Assembly: GCA_963833225.1 (NCBI GenBank)
Contig: CAWHXD010000005.1
Location: 32,001-96,000, forward strand
Length of the DNA: 64,000 nucleotides
Reading direction: 5' to 3'
Source of the DNA: an uncultured Chloroflexia bacterium
GTDB taxonomy: Bacteria > Chloroflexota > Limnocylindria > Limnocylindrales > CSP1-4
Shown: positions 10,830 through 19,017 of the stretch, piece by piece
Layout: each line of letters starts with the position of its first letter
Numbering within the stretch: position 1 is the stretch's first letter
Made by a program: the position numbers and the translations under genes
Notes under the pieces: generated by a model
What the model saw: only the letters and a program-made list of their open reading frames with translations
Database searches by the model: none
What the model was told of the DNA's origin: nothing

Positions 10830-10927
10830 CCGGGTGTTGGTCTCCTTGTCGTGGGCGGACCCAGCGGGTCCTGCCCTACGCGGCCGTCAGTGTACCGAGC
10901 CTGCCGTCCTCGGGGCCGGATCCGCCG

Positions 10928-13126
10928 TCACGCGTCCCGGACAGCGCGCACAAACGTGCCGCCGACACCCGCCGCAATCGAGATCACCCCCGCCCCGATG
11001 ATCACCGGAGCGGCCGTGAACAGCTCCACCAGGACGCCGCCCGCCGCCATCGCCAGGCTCATCCCACCGAACACCAGCGCGAACCGGAAGCTCACCACGC
11101 GTCCCATCAGCTCCGGCGGCGTGCGCTCCTGGAACAGCGTCTGGCTGGGGATCACGAAGGCCATGTTCGCGACGCCCATCCCGAACAGGATCCCGAGCAC
11201 CGCGGTCACGTTGCCCACCAGCCCCAGCGCCACCCCGCCCACCCCGAACGCGATGTACGCCACGATGATCAGCCGCCCCTTGCGAGCCCGGCCGGCGACC
11301 GCGCCCAGCAGGAACCCGCCGATCAGGCTGCCCGCGCCGATCGCCGTCTCCATGAACGCGTAGGTCGCGCGCCAGGCCGGCTCCGGTGCCGTGGTGATCT
11401 CGCGAGCGAGGATCACCGTGGCCACCAGCAGCATGCCCAGCGAGAACTGGCCCGCGGCGCCCTGGAGCGTGTTCGCGAGGAGCACCGTCTCGTTGCGCAG
11501 GAAGCCCCAGCCGGCCCGGAGATCCTCGCCAACCGACGTGCGTCCCTCGTCCGTGCGCGGTGTCTCGCCCGCCGTCTCGCCGGCGGTCTCGGCGTCGCCC
11601 GGCCTCGCCGCTGCGGCGGCACGGCGGATCAGCGGCGGCACCACGATCGTGGCGATCAGGCCCGCGGACGCGAGATACGTCACCGAGTCGAACCAGAAGG
11701 CGAGCGCCAGGGAGTCCCGGAGGAAGACCACGAACAGGCCCGCCAGCGGGTAGTTGATGACGTCCGCGATCGTCTCCGCCACCCACATCGCGGAGTTGGC
11801 CGAAAGCAGGTCCTCCTCGTCCACGATGCGCGGCAGGATCGCCTGCCTGGCCGGCCGGAAGAAGATCGAGATCGTGGTCAGCAGGAACACCAGCGGGTAG
11901 GCGACCCAGACGTTGAGCAGGATCGCGACCGGCACCAGCAGCACCACCGCCGCTCGCAGGATGTCCGACACCACCAGGACCTGCTTCTGGTCCCAGCGGT
12001 CGACGAAGGTGCCCGCGATCGGCGACAGGAACAGGTTGGGGACCGTGGCCACAAAGAACATCAGCGCCGTGAGCAGCGCGGAGTCGGTCAGCTCGTACAC
12101 GAACGCTGCCAGCGCGATCTGGTTCACGCGATCGCCGAACAGGCTGATGATCTGGCCCACCCACAGGGCCGAGAACGACGGATTGAGCGCGAGGCGGACG
12201 TAGGGGTGGCTCCGGACGCGCTCGGCCAGCGAGGGCAGGCCCGGAACCCCGAGCCTGACCAGGTCTCCTGGGGCAATCGTGTTCTCGCGGACCACCGCCG
12301 CGGCGTGCTGGCCGCGGGAGGTCAGCTCCACGGCTCGCGCCTCCGCCTCCTCGAGGGGGAATGGCGCCAGCGCTGGCGACGCGAGACCGATGCCACCGGC
12401 GCCCATCATCAGCGGCCGCTCGAGCGCCAGGGCTTCGTCGAAGGCCGAGTTCAGGCCCGAGCCCGCCCGGACCGCATTGCCTTCCTCGTCGACCGGCGCC
12501 AGGGTCCCCGGCAGGCGCAGCGTGCCCGCCAGGCCCTCGTATCGGCCCGCACGGGCGTCGTCAACCGCTTGCTGGGCCTGCTCCGGGCGCCGGAGCAGCG
12601 TCGCGAACAGGAAGAAGCCAAGACCCGCCGTGAGGAACACGTCGCCAAGCGAGGCAACGTTCTGGATCGGCGGGAAGGGGATCGGGATGATGTCGCCCAG
12701 CGGTCCGAGGCGGAACAGGAACTCTGGCCCGATCTGCGCGGGCAGCGTGAAGTGCAGGACCGAGTCCAGCGGCGGCGTCAGCCCCGACGCCTCGAACGCC
12801 GGCAGCCACACCGGCATCCGGCCGCCGTTGGCCGTGATCGCGAGGGCGTTGGCCGCCACGCCCACGAACGCCAGAGCCAGGCCCGGGTACCAACGGTTGT
12901 GCCACAGCGTGAACAGCAGGAGCCCGTAGGCAGATCCCAGGAGTGGGGCGCGCAGCGTCTCGACCAGGGGGATGTTCCAGCCCAGTGCGAGCTCCGTCGC
13001 GAACCGGATGATGACCGCGAGGAACAGCAGCGGCAGGAACCGCAGTCGGATCGTCGCGAGGTGCTCGAGCTTGCCGCCGAGCAAGAGGCCGAGGACCAGC
13101 CCGAGGATGATCCCGATGGTCAGCAA
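10928..13126 (-). CDS. DUF5317-like membrane domain fused to an MFS exporter (MFS_3/DHA3-like)
   Basis: N-terminal ~180 aa with ANGGRMPV...LGDIIP...SLGD; ~125-aa linker; MFS from LWVGQIISLFGD with DRWDQK and GRVVS motifs. Confidence 0.8.
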   Translation of the reverse strand: MLTIGIILGLVLGLLLGGKLEHLATIRLRFLPLLFLAVIIRFATELALGWNIPLVETLRAPLLGSAYGLLLFTLWHNRWYPGLALAFVGVAANALAITANGGRMPVWLPAFEASGLTPPLDSVLHFTLPAQIGPEFLFRLGPLGDIIPIPFPPIQNVASLGDVFLTAGLGFFLFATLLRRPEQAQQAVDDARAGRYEGLAGTLRLPGTLAPVDEEGNAVRAGSGLNSAFDEALALERPLMMGAGGIGLASPALAPFPLEEAEARAVELTSRGQHAAAVVRENTIAPGDLVRLGVPGLPSLAERVRSHPYVRLALNPSFSALWVGQIISLFGDRVNQIALAAFVYELTDSALLTALMFFVATVPNLFLSPIAGTFVDRWDQKQVLVVSDILRAAVVLLVPVAILLNVWVAYPLVFLLTTISIFFRPARQAILPRIVDEEDLLSANSAMWVAETIADVINYPLAGLFVVFLRDSLALAFWFDSVTYLASAGLIATIVVPPLIRRAAAAARPGDAETAGETAGETPRTDEGRTSVGEDLRAGWGFLRNETVLLANTLQGAAGQFSLGMLLVATVILAREITTAPEPAWRATYAFMETAIGAGSLIGGFLLGAVAGRARKGRLIIVAYIAFGVGGVALGLVGNVTAVLGILFGMGVANMAFVIPSQTLFQERTPPELMGRVVSFRFALVFGGMSLAMAAGGVLVELFTAAPVIIGAGVISIAAGVGGTFVRAVRDA

Positions 13127-13160
13127 GGCTCAGCCCCGGGGTGGGAGAGGGACCGCGGGG

Positions 13161-14657
13161 TCAGCGTGGCTCAGCCGGGCGGGCCGCCCGTGCCGTCGGC
13201 GGCACGACGTTCACGGATCCCGGGCTCGCCGCGGGCGCCGCTCCTGGGCCTGGCGCCACGCCCGCGGGCTGCCCCGTGCCCGAGGCCAGCGCGGCCCCCG
13301 GGTTGGGGTGCTGTCCGATGAGGGGGATCGGTTGCGGCTGGATCGTGCGACCCGGGTCCGCCACACCTTCTGCCCAGTGCGTCTGGACGAAGGCGTCCAC
13401 GATCCTCGGGTCGAACTGGATCCCTGCGAACTTGCGCAGCTCGGCGATCGCCTGCTCAGGCGTGAGCGGCGTCATGCGGTATGGGCGTGCCGCCGTCATC
13501 GCCTCGAACGAGTCCGCCACGTGGAGGATCCGCGCCAGCAGCGGGATCTCGTCGCCGATCAGGCGGTCCGGGTAGCCCGAGCCGTTGTACCACTCGTGGT
13601 GGTGCCGGATGATCGGCAACTCCCGGGACAGCCGGTTCACCTTCTCGATGATCTGGGCACCCAGGACTGGGTGCGAGTTCATCATGATCCGCTCCTCCTT
13701 GGTCAAGCGGTCCTGCTTGAGGAGCACGGCGTCTGGCACCCCGATCTTGCCGACATCGTGGAGGAGACCACCCCATTCAAGCGCCTCGAGGTCCGCCGCG
13801 CCCAGCCGCATCACCCGCCCGATGTCGCCGCCGATCTCCTTCACCCGCCAGGAGTGGCGGCTCGTGTACGGGTCGCGCTTGTCAACGGCCTCTGCCAGGG
13901 CCGTGATCGTCTGGGTGAACATCTCGCGCATCTCGGTGTAGTTCCGGTACGCGAGGCGGGTCATGTAGAGCGGCAGGGCGAACAGCAGGCTCGCCCACGC
14001 GGCGATCACATAGATCTGGGCCATCAGCCAGCCGATCGGCGCGAGGCTCACGATGCTCGTGGCAACGGAGCGCGACTCGGCCCGAATGATGCTCGCGGCG
14101 CTCTCCTCGGTCCTCAGGGAAACGCTGAACGCCACCAAACCGGCGTTCACCGCGAGGAACACGGCCCCGCCCGCCAGTGCCACCAGGAAGATCGTCGGCG
14201 AACCTAGAGCCTGACTCCAGGCTGCCGGGTCTTGCGGCGGGACGCCAAGGGCCATCATGAAGAGTCCCGCCACGACGGCCGGCACGATGATCTCAGCGTG
14301 GTTGGACAGGGTTCCGTACCAAGGCACGCGGCCCCGAAGCTCGCGAACTTCTGTGGTCCCGAGGAGGCCGACCCATGCCCCTGCCGTCGGCCCGCCGACG
14401 ATGGTCGCCGCCGTGATCGTCGACACGGAGACGGCAAACATGGCACCCCGAGGCATCTTGACGGGCAAGGAAGATGCGACGAGGGTCACCAAGATCCAGA
14501 ACGCTAGCCCGGCGACGGGGGCGAGGTCCCCAAACTCCACGAAGCCTGCCGCGATCGGTGAGGTGGCACGCAGGGGAAATAGAAGAGTCGTGGCGACAAG
14601 CGCGACTGCGCTCGTTGCCACGACCCCTGCGATGTAGAGCTTCAGTTTCCTCGGCAT
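13161..14657 (-). CDS. Membrane-anchored HD-GYP c-di-GMP phosphodiesterase
   Basis: About 6-7 N-terminal TM helices; DPYTSRHS, LLHDVGK, HHHEWYNGSGYPDRL, ADSFEAMT..RPYR. Confidence 0.9.
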   Translation of the reverse strand: MPRKLKLYIAGVVATSAVALVATTLLFPLRATSPIAAGFVEFGDLAPVAGLAFWILVTLVASSLPVKMPRGAMFAVSVSTITAATIVGGPTAGAWVGLLGTTEVRELRGRVPWYGTLSNHAEIIVPAVVAGLFMMALGVPPQDPAAWSQALGSPTIFLVALAGGAVFLAVNAGLVAFSVSLRTEESAASIIRAESRSVATSIVSLAPIGWLMAQIYVIAAWASLLFALPLYMTRLAYRNYTEMREMFTQTITALAEAVDKRDPYTSRHSWRVKEIGGDIGRVMRLGAADLEALEWGGLLHDVGKIGVPDAVLLKQDRLTKEERIMMNSHPVLGAQIIEKVNRLSRELPIIRHHHEWYNGSGYPDRLIGDEIPLLARILHVADSFEAMTAARPYRMTPLTPEQAIAELRKFAGIQFDPRIVDAFVQTHWAEGVADPGRTIQPQPIPLIGQHPNPGAALASGTGQPAGVAPGPGAAPAASPGSVNVVPPTARAARPAEPR

Positions 14658-14745
14658 CCGTCCCCAGTTCCCGATGTACTTCGGGACTCTAGCCCGTCCG
14701 CCCTATCTCAGTGAACAGGACTTGAGTACTGAGGTGGAGTTGAGG

Positions 14746-14835
14746 CTAGAAGCCCCGAAGTGACGCTCCCCCGGCGAGTGCCACGGCGGCAACAGCGCTC
14801 AGGGCAACCAGGACACGCAGAAGGCGATCCTTCAT
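14746..14835 (-). CDS. 29-aa signal-peptide-like precursor MKDRLLRVLVALSAVAAVALAGGASLRGF (not in the ORF track)
   Basis: Hand-translated ATG..TAG; GGAGG 8 nt upstream; basic n-region, hydrophobic h-region, short polar/aromatic tail. Confidence 0.8.
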   Translation of the reverse strand: MKDRLLRVLVALSAVAAVALAGGASLRGF

Positions 14836-14857
14836 CGGTCGATCCTCCGCGCCCCTT

Positions 14858-14890
14858 CTACCAGGACTTGAAAGCCTTGGTCGGTCCCAC
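14858..14890 (-). CDS. Putative 10-aa micro-ORF MGPTKAFKSW
   Basis: GTG..TAG preceded by a strong GAGGAGG RBS; shares the GGAGGATCGA leader with the 29-aa ORF. Confidence 0.4.
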   Translation of the reverse strand: MGPTKAFKSW

Positions 14891-14927
14891 GCTCGATCCT
14901 CCTCGCGGCTCCCGTGTCCCTTCCAGG

Positions 14928-14963
14928 AACACGAAAACCGACCTGACTCGAAAGTCGGTCGGT
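14928..14963 (-). terminator. Intrinsic terminator forming the riboswitch expression platform
   Basis: ACCGACC-GACU-UUCG-AGUC-A-GGUCGGU followed by UUUCGUGUU; the 5' arm overlaps the 3' strand of aptamer P1. Confidence 0.75.
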
Positions 14964-15030
14964 TGCACTACTCGCTCCACCCTCACCCTAAGTGCCCAGT
15001 TCAGGTGAGGGCATCTGCGCGTCCGAGCGT
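14957..15030 (-). ncRNA. c-di-GMP-II riboswitch
   Basis: UCGG-ACGC-GCAGAUG-CCCUCACC-UGAACU-GGGCAC-UUAG-GGUGAGGG-UGGAGCG-AGUAGUGCAACCGACC; matches the class II consensus (GGGCAC/GUGC pseudoknot, kink-turn GA/GA, AGUAGUGCAACCG). Confidence 0.9.
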
Positions 15031-15068
15031 TCTTTGTGGCCCAGTACGTTCGTACTAGTACGGGCCGG

Positions 15069-15098
15069 ACTATAGGTAGCCCGGACACCACCGGTCAA
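15069..15098 (-). promoter_or_regulatory. Sigma70-type promoter of the riboswitch/peptide operon
   Basis: TTGACC-N18-TATAGT about 40 nt upstream of the aptamer. Confidence 0.7.
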
Positions 15099-15173
15099 TA
15101 CGCAACCCTACCTATGTCCACCGATCCAGATCGGCTCACTTCCGCCCGACACTTGGCACAGGCGGCGCGGAGA

Positions 15174-18100
15174 CTAGATGTCCTCGTAGGAGGGAGGCTC
15201 CGCGGCCAGTTCGCTCCGGACATACGCTGCGTAGTGGGCGTACTGCTCGGCCGCAGCGGCCCGTCGCCCACTCCGCTTGTATGCTCGCAACAACTCAAGC
15301 TCTATTGCATCGGCTTGCGGATCCACCGCAAGGACGGCTTGGCCGACGCGGATCGCCGCATCGTAGTCGGCTCGCTGTTGGCTACGGGTCATCTCCGCTT
15401 CAGAGGCCGCCAAGACCGCGGCATGAAGATTCTCACGGTAGGTCGACGCCCATTCCTCGTAGGCGAATGTGAGCGCATAGCGGCCGCGGTAGTTGCGCAG
15501 CAACTCGAAGAGGGCCTGGTCATCACCTTCCTTCGCGCTGTCGATCAGAAGCCAGCACTTACGACTCACCACGTTGACGAGTCCGTCGTTCAGGCTCACG
15601 ACGTCACCGTCGAACTGGATGTAGCCGGCGCTCATGCCCTCGCGGTAGTCGGGTTCGAGCACTCTGCGAAGGAAGTAGATGGCCTGGTGTAAGGAGTTAC
15701 CCCCCGCCTCAACCCCTAGTTCGGGCCACAGTGCTTCGATCACTTCTTCCCTGTTGGCGGACATCCGAGGTCGCGATGCAAGGAAGCAGACGAGCGAGAG
15801 GACCTTCCGCCTCAGGTATCGGGGCTGATCCTCGCCCTCGAGGAACACCTCGACGGCCCCCAAATCCGAGACTGTCACTGCGCCTGCAAGCCTCTTCGTG
15901 ATCGCCAGCGCGCTGGGTCGAAGGGACTTGTTCGTACTCGCAGCCTTGCGCAGCAGGGCGGCATCCTCGGCAGACCCGACCTCCGCCAAGATTGCGCTGG
16001 CGAACACGGCTGCTTCCAGGTTCCCTCGGATCGCTTGCACCACCGGGGAACGCCAACGATCGGGCCGAAGCTTGGCTTCACGTTCGAGCATGGCCCGACT
16101 TTCAGCCGAGAGCAGGTGAAGCCTCACGACCAGTTCCTCGGCCAGCAGCGACCAGCAATAGGCCCCGGAGGCACTCCGTGAGAGGGCCTCATCAAGTGGC
16201 ACCCCAGTTGCCGCATCGACGAGCAGAGCGGCAAGGTATGAGCCGCGGCGCGTGTTCTGAGCACCCGCGACACGAGAGGCCTCCTCGGCCGCGGCCTTTG
16301 CCGCCGGATCGCCCTTGTGGAGAGCAACACGTGTCGCGAGGATCTGTGTTCTCAACTTGCCGGCGGCGTCGGCGCATCGATCTTGGCCAAGGCGCGTCAG
16401 GCTCGCTAGGGCCGCCGAGGTGTCCCCTTGGCGAAGGGCGGTCTCGCCGACAAGGAGGTTGTAAATGCCCACATGCCCTCGGGACAGCAGCGTCGGGTCA
16501 AGGTGCTGGAGCCACACACTCGCCTCGTCCGCCGATCCGAACTCGGTCTCTATCCGCGCCGCCTCGAGGCAGACTTCGGCGTTCGCGAGCAGGCTTCCCG
16601 CAGGTGCTGCGCAAGACGTGATCGCGCGCGACTCGGCCAGCCGCCCCAATTGGGCCTCTGCGGCAGCCACCATCATCGTCGCGGACACTCGCTCCACCGA
16701 TCCGTGCGCGCGGCCACCTAGGAGTGTTTCCGCCAGCGAGGCTTCCCTGAGCGCGTCTGCCGCGTCACCCAGCCAGAGAAGTACGCCGGAGAGGTTCAGC
16801 CGCGACACGCCCGCATACCGACTGCGCCCCTCCCTCTCCTGGTCGGCGGCCAACCTCCGAAGCGACTCGGCAATCTCGAGCAGATCCCCTTCTTGACTGG
16901 CCTGCATCAGGGTCAGATTGGCGAGGGCGACATAGCGCTGCGGTGGAGTGAGCGCCTCCCTAAGGGCCCGGGCGTTGGCCTCGGCAGCCTCGTCAGCGAC
17001 GCCGAACACCCCGAGGGTTGAGGCCAGCGTCAGAAGCGAGAGTCCGCTGAGTGTGCCGCCTGCGCTTTGCTCGACTGCCACTCGCGCCCATCGGACGGCC
17101 GTCGGGAAGTCTCCGCGCTGCAGTTCCAACCTCGAGCGAAGGATGAGGGCAGTAGGGCGGTCTGGGTCTCCGGCACCAGCGTCCAGAAACCCCCTTGCGA
17201 GTTCGAATTCCCCGGCGGCGATGATCTCCTCGAGCGAGCTGTCCACGACCGACGCACAGGCTTGGATGTCACCCGCCATCAGGTAGTGCCATGCGCTCAC
17301 GTTCCATCCGAACGCCCTGAGCTCCACGGCCAACGATCGATGCAAGTCCCTGACTGCCTGCCCGCCAATGCTCGCGGCAAGCCGTGTTTGGAGGAACTCC
17401 TGAACCAGCGGATGAAACCGATGTGGTGACACACGGTCCGGCTTCGTCAGCAGGCCAAGGCGCTCCGCATCCGCAATCGCCCGGCGCGCATGCTCGTCGT
17501 CAACTTGGCCGACAGAGATTGCAGACGCCACATCAACCGTCGTCAGAACCGATGCTCGCATGAGGAAGTCGGTCAGGTCACTTGGCAAGGAGGCAAGCAC
17601 CTCCTCGGCAAGGAAGTCGTACATGTCGCTCGCCGATGCCCTGAGGTGAGCTACAAAATCACGCGGGTCTTGTCGCTCCGCGAGTCGGGCGTTTACTAGG
17701 GTCAGGAGGGCTGGCCAGCCGTCGGTTCGCTCGCAGAGATCGGAGACAAGGTCCTGGTCCAGGGGGTGCCGGTAGGCGTCACGGAACAGGCTTGATGTCT
17801 CGGCGACGTCAAAACGGAGGTCCTGTCCGCTCAGGGCCATGACCCCACCGCGAGCCCGGAGGCGGCCGACGGCGAGCGAGGGCTTCGACCGCGACGCGAG
17901 GATCACGGAGAACCCTGGCCCGGTGCGGTCGAGCAGGGCACGGACGATGGGCTCGGTCTCGTCGAACCCGTCGACGAGGTGGTAGTCGTCAATGATCAGG
18001 GTCAGGCCGCGCTCGCTGCGAGTGCCGAACTCTGCCATCTCGCGCGCGATGGTGAGCACGAGGTCCTTCTGCGTTGGACCCCCGGTGCCCAGGGCGAGCA

Positions 18101-18686
18101 GCATAGCGAAGGTGGTCGGCGCGAAGCCCGGCTGGAGTTCGCGCCCGGAGGCGACGAGGTGACGCACGAACGTCAGCCAGTCGCGGTCGTCCGCCTCCAG
18201 GCGGTACCAGGCGGTCATCCGCCGCGTGTGCCGGGCCCAGTCGCCCAGGAGCGTGGTCTTGCCGAAGCCGGCCTCGGCGATGATCAGGCCGAGACGGCCC
18301 GCCGCAGCCTGTTCCAGCCACGAGTTCAGACGAGGTCGCGAGAGCGTGTCGCTGCGCTTGAGAGGGCAGTGGATCTTGGCCGGCTGGACGGGCAGCGGAT
18401 TCATGCCGTACGCACCGGACCCCAGGATCGGCCCGGCGAACCCAGGCCCGACGGCGACCAACCCATGCCCGTCGTGTGCACTCCTCCCGGGCGACGCGGG
18501 CCGCGCTTCCGCGGACGGGGTGGCGCCGCTGTTGGTGCCTGACGATACGGCAGGTTGTGGCGCGGAGGTCGGCTCCCCATGCACCCGGGGATGCACCCGG
18601 GCGGATTGCCCGCCGGATGAGGCGCGGTCGCTGATGGGCTGGCTGGTCGTCGGGGGCATGGCGACATCGTGCCGTGTGCCACTCAA
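15174..18686 (-). CDS. MalT-like STAND ATPase-TPR regulator with C-terminal wHTH-BTAD (SARP-type); true start probably 18404-18659
   Basis: KIHCP..SRPRL, Walker A AEAGFGKTT, WYRLE, IIDDYH, TDGWPA, RFHPLVQEF; C-terminal VIEALWPE..LHQAIYFLRR and YRGRY..YEEW. Confidence 0.85.
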   Translation of the reverse strand: MSGTRHDVAMPPTTSQPISDRASSGGQSARVHPRVHGEPTSAPQPAVSSGTNSGATPSAEARPASPGRSAHDGHGLVAVGPGFAGPILGSGAYGMNPLPVQPAKIHCPLKRSDTLSRPRLNSWLEQAAAGRLGLIIAEAGFGKTTLLGDWARHTRRMTAWYRLEADDRDWLTFVRHLVASGRELQPGFAPTTFAMLLALGTGGPTQKDLVLTIAREMAEFGTRSERGLTLIIDDYHLVDGFDETEPIVRALLDRTGPGFSVILASRSKPSLAVGRLRARGGVMALSGQDLRFDVAETSSLFRDAYRHPLDQDLVSDLCERTDGWPALLTLVNARLAERQDPRDFVAHLRASASDMYDFLAEEVLASLPSDLTDFLMRASVLTTVDVASAISVGQVDDEHARRAIADAERLGLLTKPDRVSPHRFHPLVQEFLQTRLAASIGGQAVRDLHRSLAVELRAFGWNVSAWHYLMAGDIQACASVVDSSLEEIIAAGEFELARGFLDAGAGDPDRPTALILRSRLELQRGDFPTAVRWARVAVEQSAGGTLSGLSLLTLASTLGVFGVADEAAEANARALREALTPPQRYVALANLTLMQASQEGDLLEIAESLRRLAADQEREGRSRYAGVSRLNLSGVLLWLGDAADALREASLAETLLGGRAHGSVERVSATMMVAAAEAQLGRLAESRAITSCAAPAGSLLANAEVCLEAARIETEFGSADEASVWLQHLDPTLLSRGHVGIYNLLVGETALRQGDTSAALASLTRLGQDRCADAAGKLRTQILATRVALHKGDPAAKAAAEEASRVAGAQNTRRGSYLAALLVDAATGVPLDEALSRSASGAYCWSLLAEELVVRLHLLSAESRAMLEREAKLRPDRWRSPVVQAIRGNLEAAVFASAILAEVGSAEDAALLRKAASTNKSLRPSALAITKRLAGAVTVSDLGAVEVFLEGEDQPRYLRRKVLSLVCFLASRPRMSANREEVIEALWPELGVEAGGNSLHQAIYFLRRVLEPDYREGMSAGYIQFDGDVVSLNDGLVNVVSRKCWLLIDSAKEGDDQALFELLRNYRGRYALTFAYEEWASTYRENLHAAVLAASEAEMTRSQQRADYDAAIRVGQAVLAVDPQADAIELELLRAYKRSGRRAAAAEQYAHYAAYVRSELAAEPPSYEDI

Positions 18687-18750
18687 CGCCCGCTTATGTC
18701 CAGCCGATCCCGCGGGACCCGCTCGCTCGTGTCAGGCGGTCAGCCCGAGG

Positions 18751-18954
18751 TCAGCCCTCGTACTCGAACCCGATCTTGAGCTGGACCTGGTACTCGACGA
18801 TCTCGCCGTCCTCGATCCGCGCCGACGATTTCACGACGTCGACGGTCCGGATGTTTCGGACGGTCTTGCTCGCGGTCGCGACGGCCTGCCGAGCGGCGTC
18901 ACTCCACGAGTTCGGGCTCGTGCCCACCATCTCGCGAACGATGATCACGCCCAC
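18751..18954 (-). CDS. Dodecin family flavin-binding protein
   Basis: AGGAGG RBS then GTG; EMVGTSPNSWSDAARQAV..ASKTVRNI..EYQVQLKIGF. Confidence 0.9.
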   Translation of the reverse strand: MGVIIVREMVGTSPNSWSDAARQAVATASKTVRNIRTVDVVKSSARIEDGEIVEYQVQLKIGFEYEG

Positions 18955-19017
18955 TCCGATCCTCCTGCTGGTGTCGCGGCCCAGCATAGGCCAGCGTGGG
19001 GTTGGTAGGGTTCGACC

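Noticed and set aside
14858-15091. 77-aa ORF in the track (and 14760..15008 on the + strand)
   Set aside because: Overlaps the promoter, riboswitch and terminator; only the last 10 codons have an RBS.
14050-17830. Prophage or integrative element explaining the atypical composition
   Set aside because: No integrase, tRNA, att repeats or phage genes; the boundaries fall inside genes.
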